64,000 nt of DNA from an uncultured Candidatus Saccharimonadales bacterium (GTDB taxonomy: Bacteria; Patescibacteriota; Saccharimonadia; UBA4664), in assembly GCA_964505035.1 (NCBI GenBank), contig CAZDGK010000001.1:12270-76269 (forward strand), in the 5' to 3' direction. Numbering within the stretch: the stretch's first letter is position 1; each line of letters opens with the position of its first letter. The translations under genes were made by a program, and so were the position numbers. The notes beneath the pieces were generated by a model. It did no database searches. It was given only the letters and a program-made list of their open reading frames with translations, and was not told the DNA's origin. This document shows positions 50,755-61,291 of this stretch, in pieces.

Positions 50755-51255
50755 ATGCTTACTCAAGACATCGAGGCGGTTATACCCCGGCACCGGCGCC
50801 TGACCAAAGCCAACTTTAAACAGGCCGGTAAGTTTGGGTTGGTCGGCATCATCAATACCGCCGTTGATTTCCTCATCTACAACCTGCTCCATTTCGGCGC
50901 CGGGCTGGCCCTCGTACCGGCCAACGTCGTCTCCACGACCATCGCCATGACCTTTAGCTTTATCGCCAATAAGCGTCTGGTCTTCCGCCACGAATCGGCC
51001 ACCCAGGCTCGCCACATCGCGCTGTTCCTGCTGGTCACGGCGTTCGGACTCTATGTCCTTCAAAATGGTGCTATCGTATTGCTGACCGAAATCTGGACGC
51101 AGCCCCTGCACCTCCTCATCCAGGCCTGTCATACCGCCGGCCTCAACCGCTTCATGACTGATACCTTTATCTTTAATAACGGCGCCAAGGCCGCCGCTAC
51201 CGCTGTCAGCTTGACATGGAACTATATTCTTTATAGAAAGGTAGTATTTAGGTAA
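50755..51255 (+). CDS. GtrA family flippase
   Basis: KFGLVG..NT.VDF, SF..NK..VF, WNY..Y...VF. Confidence 0.9.
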   Translation: MLTQDIEAVIPRHRRLTKANFKQAGKFGLVGIINTAVDFLIYNLLHFGAGLALVPANVVSTTIAMTFSFIANKRLVFRHESATQARHIALFLLVTAFGLYVLQNGAIVLLTEIWTQPLHLLIQACHTAGLNRFMTDTFIFNNGAKAAATAVSLTWNYILYRKVVFR

Positions 51256-52787
51256 TGAAGCAATCAACCCCACCTTTTGCCTGGCTCGGCCGCTACTTTG
51301 AATGGGTAGTGCTGGCGGGTTTGCTCGGCCTGGCCGCCTTCTTCCGCTTCATCGACCTAACCAGCCTGCCACCCGGCCTCTACACTGGTGAGGCCCGCAT
51401 CGGCCTCCAGGCCCTCGATCTGCTACACCACGGCACACTTCCCGGACTCGATTCCTACAATCAATACGCCCCCCTCTGGGTCTGGTTGCAGGCGCTGGCC
51501 GTGGCCGTGTTTGGGCACAATGACTGGAGCCTCCGCGTCTGGCCGGCCGTCCTCGGCGTGCTAGCCACTGGCGCCACCTGGCTCTGGGCCAAGCAGTGGT
51601 TTACCGGCCGCATCGCCTGGATAGCCGCGCTCCTCGTAGCTGTCACACCGTGGTCGGTCACGCTCAGCCGCAGCGCCATGCCCACCGAGCTCATCATCCT
51701 GCTCGTGCCGCTAACGCTCTGGACGGTCACCGAAATCTACCGCCGCGGCACGCTCGGCCTCTGGCTAGCCGGCGCCGGCCTCCTCACTCTCAGCCTGCTC
51801 TCTGGGCCGCTCGGTTGGCTGCTGGTCGCCAGCGTCACCGTCCTGGGCGTCTTCCAACTAGTCCGCCGCCACGAGCTGCTACGGGGAGGCAAAGCCCGCT
51901 GGGCCGGCCTGGTGGCCGCTGCCCTAGGTTTCGGACTGTTTGGCTACTTGGCGGGCACCTCGGCCGCCAGCCTGTCCGCGCTACCAGTCGCCCTGGGCCT
52001 GACCGCTCCGCCGGCCATCATTCTCGAAAATATCGCCCGCACCCTGTTGATGTTTAACCTCCGCGGCGACGAAAACTTCCGCCACAACTTCGCCGCCGAA
52101 CCCATGCTCAATGCGTTCGTCGGGCTGATGTTCATCTTTGGCATCCTGGTCTCGATCTCCCGCCTGCACCTACGCCGCTACCGCATCCTGCTCCTGCTGT
52201 TCGTCATCCTGCTCGCCCCAGCTGCTCTCAGCAATACCGGCGTGCCCAATGCCGCTCACGCCGCTGCCGCCCTGCCCATTGTCGCCGTCTTGGCCGCCGT
52301 TGGTATCAGCTATATGCTCGAGCTCTGGTACTCCACCTTCCCAATCAATTCGGCCGCCCGTAGCGTCGGCCAGTCCGTCATTGTCCTGCTTCTGGCCCTC
52401 ACCATCTTCCAGGGCTACACCCAATACTTCCGCGCCTGGGCTGCGTCCGGCGAAACCTACAGCACCGCCAATGAAGCCGCCACCAACGCCGCCCGGTTCC
52501 TCAAGACCACCAGTTTCAGCGGCACGCGGCTAGTTGTTGCCACACCCGACGAGCTCGCCACCGTCCACTTCCTGGCCTACAACCAGCCAGCTCACCAAGA
52601 GCTCGACCCAGCCGGTCTGGTGGGTCTGCCCGTCACCCCCGGCGCCCGGCAGTTCATCATCACCGCCGCCGCCCGCGATGCCGCCGCCAAGAACCTGGCT
52701 CTCAAGTTCCCCGGCAGCAAACTACGTGCTCATCTGTCACCCTTTAGCTACAATGAGATCTATTACGTCTATGAGGTAACCCAATGA
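51255..52787 (+). CDS. GT39/ArnT-like glycosyltransferase
   Basis: RF..L..LPPG....EA, LR...A..G, multi-TM. Confidence 0.8.
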   Translation: MKQSTPPFAWLGRYFEWVVLAGLLGLAAFFRFIDLTSLPPGLYTGEARIGLQALDLLHHGTLPGLDSYNQYAPLWVWLQALAVAVFGHNDWSLRVWPAVLGVLATGATWLWAKQWFTGRIAWIAALLVAVTPWSVTLSRSAMPTELIILLVPLTLWTVTEIYRRGTLGLWLAGAGLLTLSLLSGPLGWLLVASVTVLGVFQLVRRHELLRGGKARWAGLVAAALGFGLFGYLAGTSAASLSALPVALGLTAPPAIILENIARTLLMFNLRGDENFRHNFAAEPMLNAFVGLMFIFGILVSISRLHLRRYRILLLLFVILLAPAALSNTGVPNAAHAAAALPIVAVLAAVGISYMLELWYSTFPINSAARSVGQSVIVLLLALTIFQGYTQYFRAWAASGETYSTANEAATNAARFLKTTSFSGTRLVVATPDELATVHFLAYNQPAHQELDPAGLVGLPVTPGARQFIITAAARDAAAKNLALKFPGSKLRAHLSPFSYNEIYYVYEVTQ

Positions 52788-53557
52788 ACCAAATCGACCT
52801 CAGCATCATCCTGCCCTCATACATGGAAGCCAAGAATATTGGCTCGTCCCTGGACCAGCTCTCAGAGTGGCTAAGGACTCATGACTACGGCCATGTTGAA
52901 GTAATTGTGGTAGTCGCCGACAGCCCAGACGGCACAGCGGCCATCGCCGAGAGCAAGGCCGGACAGTTTGACAGCCTCATCGTCACCCATGCCGGCCCCC
53001 GGGCAGGGAAGGGCCGCGACGTCCGGCTGGGTATGTTCGAGGCCACCGGCCGCTACCGTATGTTCATGGACGCCGACCTAGCCACACCGCTCTCGCACCT
53101 CGACGACGTGAAAGCCCTGATGGACCACGGCGGCAAAGTCGGCATCGCCGTGCGTGACCTCGTCAAAATCCACAAAGGCCTCATCCGCAAAACCATCACC
53201 GGCTTCGGCAACTTACTGGCCCAGATTATCCTGCTACCCGGGCTCAAGGACACTCAGTGTGGCTTCAAAGTCTTCGAGGCTGAAGCCGCCGAAGCCGTCT
53301 TCAGCCGCCTGACCATCCTGGGCTGGGGCTTCGACCTCGAGATCCTGGCCGTCGCCCGCAAGCTCGGCTACCACATCGAGACCTTCGAGGCTCCCGACTG
53401 GAAAGACCCCAAGGCCGAGGGCGCCGGACTAGTAGGGGATTCGCCGCTCAAAGCCTCCATCCAGGTTTTCCGCGACCTGCTAACCGTCCGCTGGAACCTC
53501 ATCCGCGGCCTCTACCGCCAGCCCAGCTACCACCACACTCCCGGCGCCATCGACTAG
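52784..53557 (+). CDS. GT2 polyprenyl-phosphate glycosyltransferase (ALG5-like)
   Basis: SIILP.Y.E, GKG..VR.G, FMDADLATP, DTQCGFK.F, GWGFD.E. Confidence 0.92.
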   Translation: MNQIDLSIILPSYMEAKNIGSSLDQLSEWLRTHDYGHVEVIVVVADSPDGTAAIAESKAGQFDSLIVTHAGPRAGKGRDVRLGMFEATGRYRMFMDADLATPLSHLDDVKALMDHGGKVGIAVRDLVKIHKGLIRKTITGFGNLLAQIILLPGLKDTQCGFKVFEAEAAEAVFSRLTILGWGFDLEILAVARKLGYHIETFEAPDWKDPKAEGAGLVGDSPLKASIQVFRDLLTVRWNLIRGLYRQPSYHHTPGAID

Positions 53558-53566
53558 CATCGCAGC

Positions 53567-53971
53567 ATGAATAGGCTCCTCATCATCGTTGGCAGTCAGT
53601 CCGACATCCCACTGCTCAAAGACCTCGAGCAGCAGCTGACCAAGGCCAAGATCACCTACGATATCGAAATTGCCTCCTGTCACCGCGACCTCGACACGCT
53701 CTACCAACTGCTCACCACCATCAAGGACGGCCGCTACCGGGCCGTAGTTGCGGTAGCCAATGCCGTCTCCAACATGCCGGCCATCGTGGCCAGCTATCTC
53801 AAAGATACCGCCACAGTGGTAGTCGGCGTCGGCCTCAGCGACAAGGGCATGAATGGCATCGACTCGCTTCTAGCCATCAATACCATCCCCAAGGGCGTGC
53901 CCCTTGTCACCACCGGGCTCGGCGCCACCGGCCTGCACAACGCCGGCCTGTTCGTCGCTAAGCTGTTCTAG
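53567..53971 (+). CDS. Divergent AIR carboxylase (PurE) family protein
   Basis: GS.SD, ASCHR, G.DSLL....PKGVP..T.G.....NA.L. Confidence 0.75.
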   Translation: MNRLLIIVGSQSDIPLLKDLEQQLTKAKITYDIEIASCHRDLDTLYQLLTTIKDGRYRAVVAVANAVSNMPAIVASYLKDTATVVVGVGLSDKGMNGIDSLLAINTIPKGVPLVTTGLGATGLHNAGLFVAKLF

Positions 53972-55830
53972 TACAGCTTGTACAGGTAGATAGAGTAGCC
54001 AATCTTAGCCACCGGCTGCATTGCCCGCAGGTAGCGGTAGCCCGGCAAGCCGTCGCGGTTGGAATAGTAGCGGTCATTCTCCAGGAATGTCTCCGACACC
54101 GCTATATACTGACCCGTGTACGGCCCATACTCACTATGCCAATCCTCATAGACCGCCGCACTGCAGTCATATCCCCCAGCCGTCGCCACTAGCCGGCCCT
54201 GCTTGTCGTATTGGCGCTTGCAGAAGTAATATTTGGGATCACCGCCGCCAAAGTAGTCTAGTGCCAAATGATCAATCTCCGGGTGCTCCGCCAGATAGGT
54301 CTTTAGCCGCTTCAGGTCCTGTCCCCAGTCCACGCTCGAGTCGCTAAAGTACTCGCCAGAATACGCCGCCCCGCCAATCAGTTCATTAAAGTACGCCGTA
54401 AACGCCGGGTACACCAGCACCGTGCTTGCTGTGTACCAGCCAAGCAGCAATGTCAGCAGCACAGCCGAGTGCGTCTGCCAGGGCGTCTTGGCCATCCGCC
54501 GGGCAATTTGCACCACTCCAATCGCCACCAGCACAAAGATCGGCACATAGATCGGCAAAATGTGCCGGATACCGAGATTGAGATTACCGGCCACCGAAAT
54601 ACCAAAGTAAAACACCGCGAACCCACCAAGCACCCACTCAGTAGTATGCTTGCGCGTCGACTCAAGCACCGGCTTCAGTAGCCGGAATGGCCGGCGACTC
54701 AGATACACCGCCAAGCCCGCACCCACCACCAATATCAGCAAAATCAGCAGCGCCACTTGCGTCTTCACCAGGAATAATTCCGGGAAATAGCCATGGAAGC
54801 TTTGATTGGTGACTTGGCCATTAAAGTACGTCGTGTTGCCGCCGCTCACCCGGCCAAACACCATCGTCAGACCCAGCAGATATTGCGCCAGCGACTTCAT
54901 CAGCGGCAGGCCGTTAATCGCGGTCAGGATATGCGCCATAGTCTGGCCCACCGAGCTGCCCATGAGCGAAGTGTTGATGAGCTTGTCCTGCACGCTTTCT
55001 GGCATATTCCAGGTGTGCGGGATGTAAAACAACCAAATCCAACCCAGACTAGCAACACTGGCCGCAATAAAGCCACCCACCCAATGCTTAAGCCTCGTCA
55101 CCCAGCTAGCTGGATCGCGCCACAGCACCACCATGCCAATCGTTAGCACACCTAGGAACGGGTAGAGCAGGAAGCCGCTAAACTTAGCCAGGTTGGCTCC
55201 GGCTAGCGCCAGCGATAGCCACAACACATTGCGGCCCGTCGGGCGCTTCACAAACTTCGCAAACGTCACGAGCGCCACAAAGGCGAATACACTCTCACCC
55301 AGGTCGGTCGTCACATAATGCGCGTGGGCAATGATATTGGGGCTCATCGTGTAAAACAGCAGCGTCAGCAGCGCCACTCCCAGGCCCCACTCCTTGCGCA
55401 CATACCAGAACAACCACGCACCAAACCCGATCGCCAGCAGCAGGATCGGCAGTCTGGCCCAGAACAAGATGGCGTCAGCGTTGTTGCCGATGTGATAAAT
55501 AAAGTTCCACCCCGACTCCCATTGGCCATTGGCATCTGTCGTCCAGGCCGGCTCATAGTCAGGGAACCTCAGGTGCATAAACTGCAATGGTAGCCCGGCC
55601 AGATCCTTGATCAGCGGCGGGTGCTCAGGGTTGAGCCGGTAGTCGCCGTAGTGCAGATACGAATAGCCAGCCGGAATATGGGCAATCTCATCCACGATCG
55701 CCGAATCACCCATCATCGCGCCCAGACCCAGGCCAAACATCGCGGCTAGCATCGCCGCCGCTAGCCACCACGCCCACCGGCGGCTCCACTCAGAAACGGG
55801 CGTTATGATACGATGGTACAAAGACTTCAC
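53968..55830 (-). CDS. GT39/PMT-like glycosyltransferase
   Basis: DE..HI.AGY, NPEHPPL.K, TTD, NLGIRH.LP, DS..DWGQDL. Confidence 0.9.
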   Translation of the reverse strand: MKSLYHRIITPVSEWSRRWAWWLAAAMLAAMFGLGLGAMMGDSAIVDEIAHIPAGYSYLHYGDYRLNPEHPPLIKDLAGLPLQFMHLRFPDYEPAWTTDANGQWESGWNFIYHIGNNADAILFWARLPILLLAIGFGAWLFWYVRKEWGLGVALLTLLFYTMSPNIIAHAHYVTTDLGESVFAFVALVTFAKFVKRPTGRNVLWLSLALAGANLAKFSGFLLYPFLGVLTIGMVVLWRDPASWVTRLKHWVGGFIAASVASLGWIWLFYIPHTWNMPESVQDKLINTSLMGSSVGQTMAHILTAINGLPLMKSLAQYLLGLTMVFGRVSGGNTTYFNGQVTNQSFHGYFPELFLVKTQVALLILLILVVGAGLAVYLSRRPFRLLKPVLESTRKHTTEWVLGGFAVFYFGISVAGNLNLGIRHILPIYVPIFVLVAIGVVQIARRMAKTPWQTHSAVLLTLLLGWYTASTVLVYPAFTAYFNELIGGAAYSGEYFSDSSVDWGQDLKRLKTYLAEHPEIDHLALDYFGGGDPKYYFCKRQYDKQGRLVATAGGYDCSAAVYEDWHSEYGPYTGQYIAVSETFLENDRYYSNRDGLPGYRYLRAMQPVAKIGYSIYLYKLY

Positions 55831-55881
55831 GCTAAGAGATTCCCTTTGAAGTTGCCCCTATTTTAGCATAAGGAGAATGAC

Positions 55882-56169
55882 ATGTTTGAGAAAGCCAAAA
55901 TGATGATGGAACTCAAGAAGATCCAGAGCGCTCTGGCCAAGGAGATTGTCGAGACCGAAGCCGGCAACGGCGCCGTCAAGGTGCGGATCAATGGCGAGCA
56001 AAAGATTCAGAAAATCACCCTCGATCCCGATCTCGTCGCCGACGCCGACCTGCCCAAGCTCGAGAAGTGGATCGAGTCGGCTGTAACCCAGGCCATCACC
56101 CGCAGCCAGCAAGCCGCCGCCGAGAAGATGAAGAGTGTTGCTGGCGGACTGGGTTTGCCCGGGCTGTAA
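55882..56169 (+). CDS. ybaB: YbaB/EbfC nucleoid-associated protein
   Basis: AG.G.VKV..NG, I.LDP; upstream of recR. Confidence 0.92.
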   Translation: MFEKAKMMMELKKIQSALAKEIVETEAGNGAVKVRINGEQKIQKITLDPDLVADADLPKLEKWIESAVTQAITRSQQAAAEKMKSVAGGLGLPGL

Positions 56170-56181
56170 CTCACAACCCCT

Positions 56182-56781
56182 ATGCGCATCGTCCCCACGG
56201 CCGTCGAACGGCTCATCGAAGAATTGGGCAAGCTGCCCGGTGTCGGCCCTCGCACCGCCGAACGCCTAGCCTTTCATTTGCTCAAAGCCGACGCCCACAA
56301 GGCCCAGAGTCTCGGCCTGGCGCTCGATAGCCTGCATGCTGCCGTCCGCTCCTGCCGCGTCTGCCACAACTTCGCTGAGGCCGATATCTGCGCCGTCTGC
56401 GACGACAGCGGCCGCGACCGCCGCACCATCGCGGTCGTGGAGGAGCCCTTCGACGTGGTCGCGATCGAGAAAACCGGCCTCTACCAAGGCCTCTACCACG
56501 TGCTCGGCGGCGTCATCTCACCCATGGACGGCGTCAGCCCAGCCGCCCTCGAGATTGCCAGCCTTATCCACCGGATCGAAAACGGCGAGATCGACGAAGT
56601 CATCCTGGCCACCAATCCATCCCTCGAGGGCGAGTCCACCGCCATGTACATCCGGGCCCAGCTCGAGCCACACGGCACCAAGCTCACCCGGCTGGCCCGC
56701 GGCCTACCGGTCGGTGGCGACCTCGAATACGCCGACCAAGTCACGCTTGGCCGCGCCCTCCAAGGTAGACAAGCCTTCTAA
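56182..56781 (+). CDS. recR: Recombination protein RecR
   Basis: LPGVGPRTA.RLA, C4 finger, YHVLGG, EGE.TA, EYAD..TL. Confidence 0.98.
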   Translation: MRIVPTAVERLIEELGKLPGVGPRTAERLAFHLLKADAHKAQSLGLALDSLHAAVRSCRVCHNFAEADICAVCDDSGRDRRTIAVVEEPFDVVAIEKTGLYQGLYHVLGGVISPMDGVSPAALEIASLIHRIENGEIDEVILATNPSLEGESTAMYIRAQLEPHGTKLTRLARGLPVGGDLEYADQVTLGRALQGRQAF

Positions 56782-56836
56782 ACCGCTGATATTATAGGGC
56801 CTCATCCCATTCCTGCAAGCAAAGGATGAGCACCAA

Positions 56837-57331
56837 ATGTCAGACACCACCCGCACTGTTGTCCGCCAGAGTCAGGGCACAGTGTATCAGGAGATCCAAG
56901 ACGCCCTGGACGCCGTCTATCAAATGCGCACCCGGATTGACCTGCAAGGTCTCCACAGCACACTTGAGCAAACCGGCCGCCCCATCGAACAACTACTCGG
57001 TACCCATCCCTACAACATCGGTTCCGAGTACCGCCGGCGGCGCAACCGGCTGGCGAACTTGCTAGCCCAGCGCATGGCCCAGGGCTACATCGGCATCGCC
57101 AGCGAAGCCAACGGCGGCGCCTACAGCTACTTCAACCGCGGCCCCGCCCAAGAGCCCCGGCACCTCCTGGTGTACTTCAATCCCATCAGCGACGTCGCCT
57201 TCTGGCACCTGGGCGGACTCCTGCCCCAGCGGCCCCGGCTCAGCCCCGGCAATATCGGCCGCTTCGCCGAGGAACGGGATTGGGAGCGGTTGTTTCGGCA
57301 GCTGCCCAACATCCGCTTCCTGCCTCACTAG
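56837..57331 (+). CDS. Hypothetical protein
   Basis: 164-aa ORF followed by a hairpin at 57339-57371. Confidence 0.6.
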   Translation: MSDTTRTVVRQSQGTVYQEIQDALDAVYQMRTRIDLQGLHSTLEQTGRPIEQLLGTHPYNIGSEYRRRRNRLANLLAQRMAQGYIGIASEANGGAYSYFNRGPAQEPRHLLVYFNPISDVAFWHLGGLLPQRPRLSPGNIGRFAEERDWERLFRQLPNIRFLPH

Positions 57332-57407
57332 CCGCCGCAGACCCACATTGGCCCATCGCCAATGTGGGTCTCTTTCGTTCGCCGTCCAAAGCCGCTATCA
57401 TACCGGC

Positions 57408-58415
57408 ATGACCAACTCCGATACCAAAGCCATCGATCAACTCGGCAAACTCCTAGCCGATGCCAAAACCGTCCTTATTCTCCAGCCCGAGAAACCAGAC
57501 ACCGACTCACTCTGCAGTGCCCTGGCCCTCGAGCATCTCCTCGGTGACCTGGGCAAAACCGTGCACATGTACTGCCAGGACGAGATGCCACCGTACATCA
57601 ACTACTTCGAGGGCATCGATCGTATCACTGACGAGCTACCCAAGCAGTTTGACCTGACCATCCTGGTCGACACCGGCGGCGTTCAGCAGATCCAGCGCAC
57701 CCTCGAAAAGCACCAGGGCCGCCTAGCCTCCAAGCCGTTTGTGATCATCGACCACCACGCCGAGCGCACACCACTACCCTTTGCCACAGTCGACGTTATT
57801 GATTCCAAGGCAGCTGCCACCGGCGAGCTGCTCGTCAAACTAGCCAAGCAGCTAGGCTGGTCCATCAACGCCGAAGCCGCTGGCCTGATCGTCGCCGCTA
57901 TCATGTCCGACACGCTTGGTCTCACCACTCCCAGCACCCAAGCCGCCACCGTCCACACGGTCGCCGACATGGTTGATGCCGGCGCCAATCTCTATGCCAT
58001 CAACACCGCCCGCCTCGAAGCCGGAGCGCTCGAGCAAGACGTCTTCGCGCTCAAAGGCCGCCTACTCCAGCAAGTTGAGTTCCTGCTCGACGGCCGGCTG
58101 GCCCTGCTCACGGTCGACCCCGCCACGCTCAAAGAGTTTGCCAAGCGCTATGATCCATCAGCCCTCGTCGTCTACGACATGCAGCATGTGCGCGGTGTTG
58201 AGCTAGCCGTCGTCATCCGCGACTACCACCCCAAGATCAAGCTGTCATTGCGCGCCAATTCGCCGATCGCCGCCCCCGTCGCCGCCATCTTCGGCGGTGG
58301 TGGCCACCCCCAGGCCTCGGGCGCCACCATCGAGTCTGGTGACGCCGCCGACGTCCGCGCCAAGCTCATCGAAGCTACCAAAGCCCAGCTTGACGCCAAG
58401 GCCGCCGGTCAATAA
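57408..58415 (+). CDS. DHH/DHHA1 phosphoesterase (NrnA-like)
   Basis: PD.DS, LVD, IDHH, SDT, GGGH..A.G. Confidence 0.92.
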   Translation: MTNSDTKAIDQLGKLLADAKTVLILQPEKPDTDSLCSALALEHLLGDLGKTVHMYCQDEMPPYINYFEGIDRITDELPKQFDLTILVDTGGVQQIQRTLEKHQGRLASKPFVIIDHHAERTPLPFATVDVIDSKAAATGELLVKLAKQLGWSINAEAAGLIVAAIMSDTLGLTTPSTQAATVHTVADMVDAGANLYAINTARLEAGALEQDVFALKGRLLQQVEFLLDGRLALLTVDPATLKEFAKRYDPSALVVYDMQHVRGVELAVVIRDYHPKIKLSLRANSPIAAPVAAIFGGGGHPQASGATIESGDAADVRAKLIEATKAQLDAKAAGQ

Positions 58416-58555
58416 ACTCGTAGCCATGACCACTCGCACTCCCCACACCCTCTGCTGCCGCACCTGTACCTAGGTGAGGCTGGTTTTTGCATTCCAAATC
58501 TGGCCTCACCGGCCAGTTTTTTGTTTGCACCAACCAACCCACAAGGACCCTCACC

Positions 58556-59149
58556 ATGAACATCGCTTTCTTCACCGCCCATCCCGACGACCACGAGATG
58601 ATGCTGGCCTACCAAACCCTGGAGCTCCAGTCCCGGCCCGACACCACCCTCTACGCCTACATCGCGACCAATGGCGAAGCCAGCACCCTAGGCCACCCCG
58701 CCTTCGTGCGTTCCGGCCAGCGCCGCCACGAATCAGCCGCCGGCCTAGCTGCCCTTGGCATTAGATCAGGCCACATCCACCACGCCGGCCTGCCAGACGG
58801 TCGTTTGACCGACGAAGCCACCTTTACCCAGCTCGGCGGCAGCATCAGGCATTTCATCGAACACCACCAAATCACTCAGGCCGTCACACTCGGAGCCAAT
58901 GGGGGAGATTACCACCCAGACCATATCGCGGTCCACCAAGCCGTCGCCGGCCAAAAGCTCCCCATTCTGGCCCTCAACGCCGCTCATACTGGCCAGCTTG
59001 CGATTACCCCGACTATCAGCCAGCGCCTAGCCAAGCTCACCGCCCTGTCGCATCACCGCAGCCAATTCCCCGAGCCGTCTCGCATTGGCCCGCCGTGGGA
59101 ACGCTTTTTAGCTGCCGAAACCTACGACCATATTCTAAATGCGCTATAG
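58556..59149 (+). CDS. PIG-L family deacetylase
   Basis: AHPDD, T.GE, R..E, LPDG, HPDH, H.SQ. Confidence 0.88.
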   Translation: MNIAFFTAHPDDHEMMLAYQTLELQSRPDTTLYAYIATNGEASTLGHPAFVRSGQRRHESAAGLAALGIRSGHIHHAGLPDGRLTDEATFTQLGGSIRHFIEHHQITQAVTLGANGGDYHPDHIAVHQAVAGQKLPILALNAAHTGQLAITPTISQRLAKLTALSHHRSQFPEPSRIGPPWERFLAAETYDHILNAL

Positions 59150-59157
59150 TTAGTCAC

Positions 59158-59529
59158 ATGAAGCCGTCGCGCCGCCAGATTGTGATAGCCATTTGCGCTT
59201 CTCTAGTATTGCTAGTGTGCGGGTCGGTGGCCGCTTGGTACTGGCACGAGCAAAGCCTCGGCCCCGACACCTCCTTTTCTGGCCAAGGCTGCCAGTCCAA
59301 GCTCGTGCCCAGCGTCATTGTCGTCACCTACAAACCAGGCACCAGCGCCGCCCAGATAGAACCCATCCTCAAATCCGTCGGTACCATTACCGACAACCTG
59401 TCCGACATCCACACCTACGTCATCAAAGTCAAAACCGGCCAGGAAGACACCGCCATCGCCACGCTCAAGACCCATCCCGAAATTTCCACCGCTACTCGTG
59501 ACCAAACCGCCTGCCCTTTAAGCAAATAA
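59158..59529 (+). CDS. Membrane-anchored stand-alone subtilase prodomain (I9/fervidolysin-N-like)
   Basis: TM, then IVV.YKPG.S.......L, Y.IKV..G....I..L...P.I..A; no protease domain. Confidence 0.6.
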   Translation: MKPSRRQIVIAICASLVLLVCGSVAAWYWHEQSLGPDTSFSGQGCQSKLVPSVIVVTYKPGTSAAQIEPILKSVGTITDNLSDIHTYVIKVKTGQEDTAIATLKTHPEISTATRDQTACPLSK

Positions 59530-59547
59530 CCCGGATATACCTGCACC

Positions 59548-60948
59548 ATGCGTCTCCATAACACCCTCACCCGTCAAACCGAAGAGCTCAAACCCATTAA
59601 ACCAGGAGAGGTTAGCCTCTACACCTGTGGCTTTACCGTCTACGACTATGCCCATATTGGCAATGCCTTTGCCTATCTAGCCTGGGACAACTTGCGCCGT
59701 GCGCTGGAGCTAAGTGGCTACAAGGTTCGCCATGTCATGAACATTACCGACGTCGGCCACCTGGTATCTGATGCCGACGAGGGCGAGGACAAACTCGAAA
59801 AAGGCGCCAAGCGGGCCGGCAAAACCGTTTGGGACATCGCCGAGCATTACACCGAAGCCTTCAAACAAGACATGCTGGCACTCAACATCTTGCCGCCCAA
59901 CGCCTACACCGACCCCAAACGCCACGATCACTACGCCCGTGCCACCGACTTCATCCCCCAGCAAATCGAGCTCGTCCAGCGCCTATTTGACCATGGCTTT
60001 GTCTACCAAACTGAGCAAGCCATCTACTTTGACGTCACCAAGCTGCCCAGTTACGGCGAGCTGAGTGGCCAAAAATTGACCGACAAAGAAGTGGCGGTCC
60101 GCGACGAAGTAGTGTCCGACCCCAGCAAGCACCACCCGTACGACTTTGCCGTCTGGTTCTTCACCGTTGGCCACTACGCCGACCACACCATGCACTGGCC
60201 GTCGCCTTGGGGCGAAGGCTTCCCAGGCTGGCATCTGGAGTGCTCAGCCATTATCCATGCCACTCTAAACGACCCCATCGACATCCACACCGGCGGCATT
60301 GACCATATTGGCACCCACCACACCAATGAAATGGCCCAAACCGAAGCCGCTTTTGGCCACCGGCTGGCCAATAACTGGCTGCACAACAACTTCATGCTAG
60401 TCGACGGCGGCAAAATGAGTAAATCCAAGCAAAACTTTTACACGCTACGAGACCTCACCGACAAGGGCTTCAGCCCCTTGGCTTACCGGTTGCTACTCCT
60501 GCAATCGCACTACCGCACACCGCTCAACTTTACCTGGGAATCGCTCGAAGCCGCGCAAAACACCCTGCTCAATCTGCATGCCTGGGCCGACCAAACTCAC
60601 CAAGGCGAGTCCGGCGGCCTCCCGGCCGGATGGGACCAGCCAGTCATTACCGCCCTGGCCAACGATCTTGACACCGCCACCGGACTAGCCCATGTGTTCG
60701 AGCTAAGTAGCCAGCACACGCCTACCCAAGCCGACCTCAAGCAGCTCGATAATATCTTTGGTCTCAGCCTAGCCAACCGGTCCGATATCACCGCCGCCCA
60801 AAAGCGGCTGATCGCCGACCGTGAGGCCGCCCGGGTCGCCAAAGATTGGGCCAAATCCGACGCCCTCCGTGACACCCTCCGCCAGGAGCATCAGCTCGAC
60901 ATCGACGACACCCCGGCCGGCCCGCGCTGGCGCCGCACCGCCATCTAG
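59548..60948 (+). CDS. cysS: Cysteinyl-tRNA synthetase
   Basis: YTCG.TVY..AHIGN, NITDVG, PGWHLECS, KMSKS. Confidence 0.98.
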   Translation: MRLHNTLTRQTEELKPIKPGEVSLYTCGFTVYDYAHIGNAFAYLAWDNLRRALELSGYKVRHVMNITDVGHLVSDADEGEDKLEKGAKRAGKTVWDIAEHYTEAFKQDMLALNILPPNAYTDPKRHDHYARATDFIPQQIELVQRLFDHGFVYQTEQAIYFDVTKLPSYGELSGQKLTDKEVAVRDEVVSDPSKHHPYDFAVWFFTVGHYADHTMHWPSPWGEGFPGWHLECSAIIHATLNDPIDIHTGGIDHIGTHHTNEMAQTEAAFGHRLANNWLHNNFMLVDGGKMSKSKQNFYTLRDLTDKGFSPLAYRLLLLQSHYRTPLNFTWESLEAAQNTLLNLHAWADQTHQGESGGLPAGWDQPVITALANDLDTATGLAHVFELSSQHTPTQADLKQLDNIFGLSLANRSDITAAQKRLIADREAARVAKDWAKSDALRDTLRQEHQLDIDDTPAGPRWRRTAI

Positions 60949-60985
60949 CCGGACAGAAAGAGCCCTCAGCGCGACCATCACATGG

Positions 60986-61291
60986 TCACACTGAGGGCTT
61001 TTGCATCAACGGCTCGAGGAGCCGCTTCAGGTCGCGGACAGTCCGCAGCGGCCGATGACGGTACCAGGTAGACAACCACTGCACATAGTCCACGATGTCG
61101 CCAGTGGCGCCGCAGCCTAGGCACAGGTAGCGCCCGTCCGGCCACAGCCGGCACGACGGCGTTAGCTCATCGTGGACGGGGCACATGACGTACTTGCCAT
61201 GCCGGGATTGCACGCCCAGCGCCGCCAGCACATCCGCCCAAGCCACCGTCTGGCGAACTCGCGCGCAATATCGCTTGTTAACCTTTAGCAC
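60986..61291 (-). CDS. Stand-alone CHC2 (primase-type) zinc finger protein
   Basis: CP.H.E.TPS.........C.GCG..GD..D. Confidence 0.8.
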   Translation of the reverse strand: MLKVNKRYCARVRQTVAWADVLAALGVQSRHGKYVMCPVHDELTPSCRLWPDGRYLCLGCGATGDIVDYVQWLSTWYRHRPLRTVRDLKRLLEPLMQKPSV

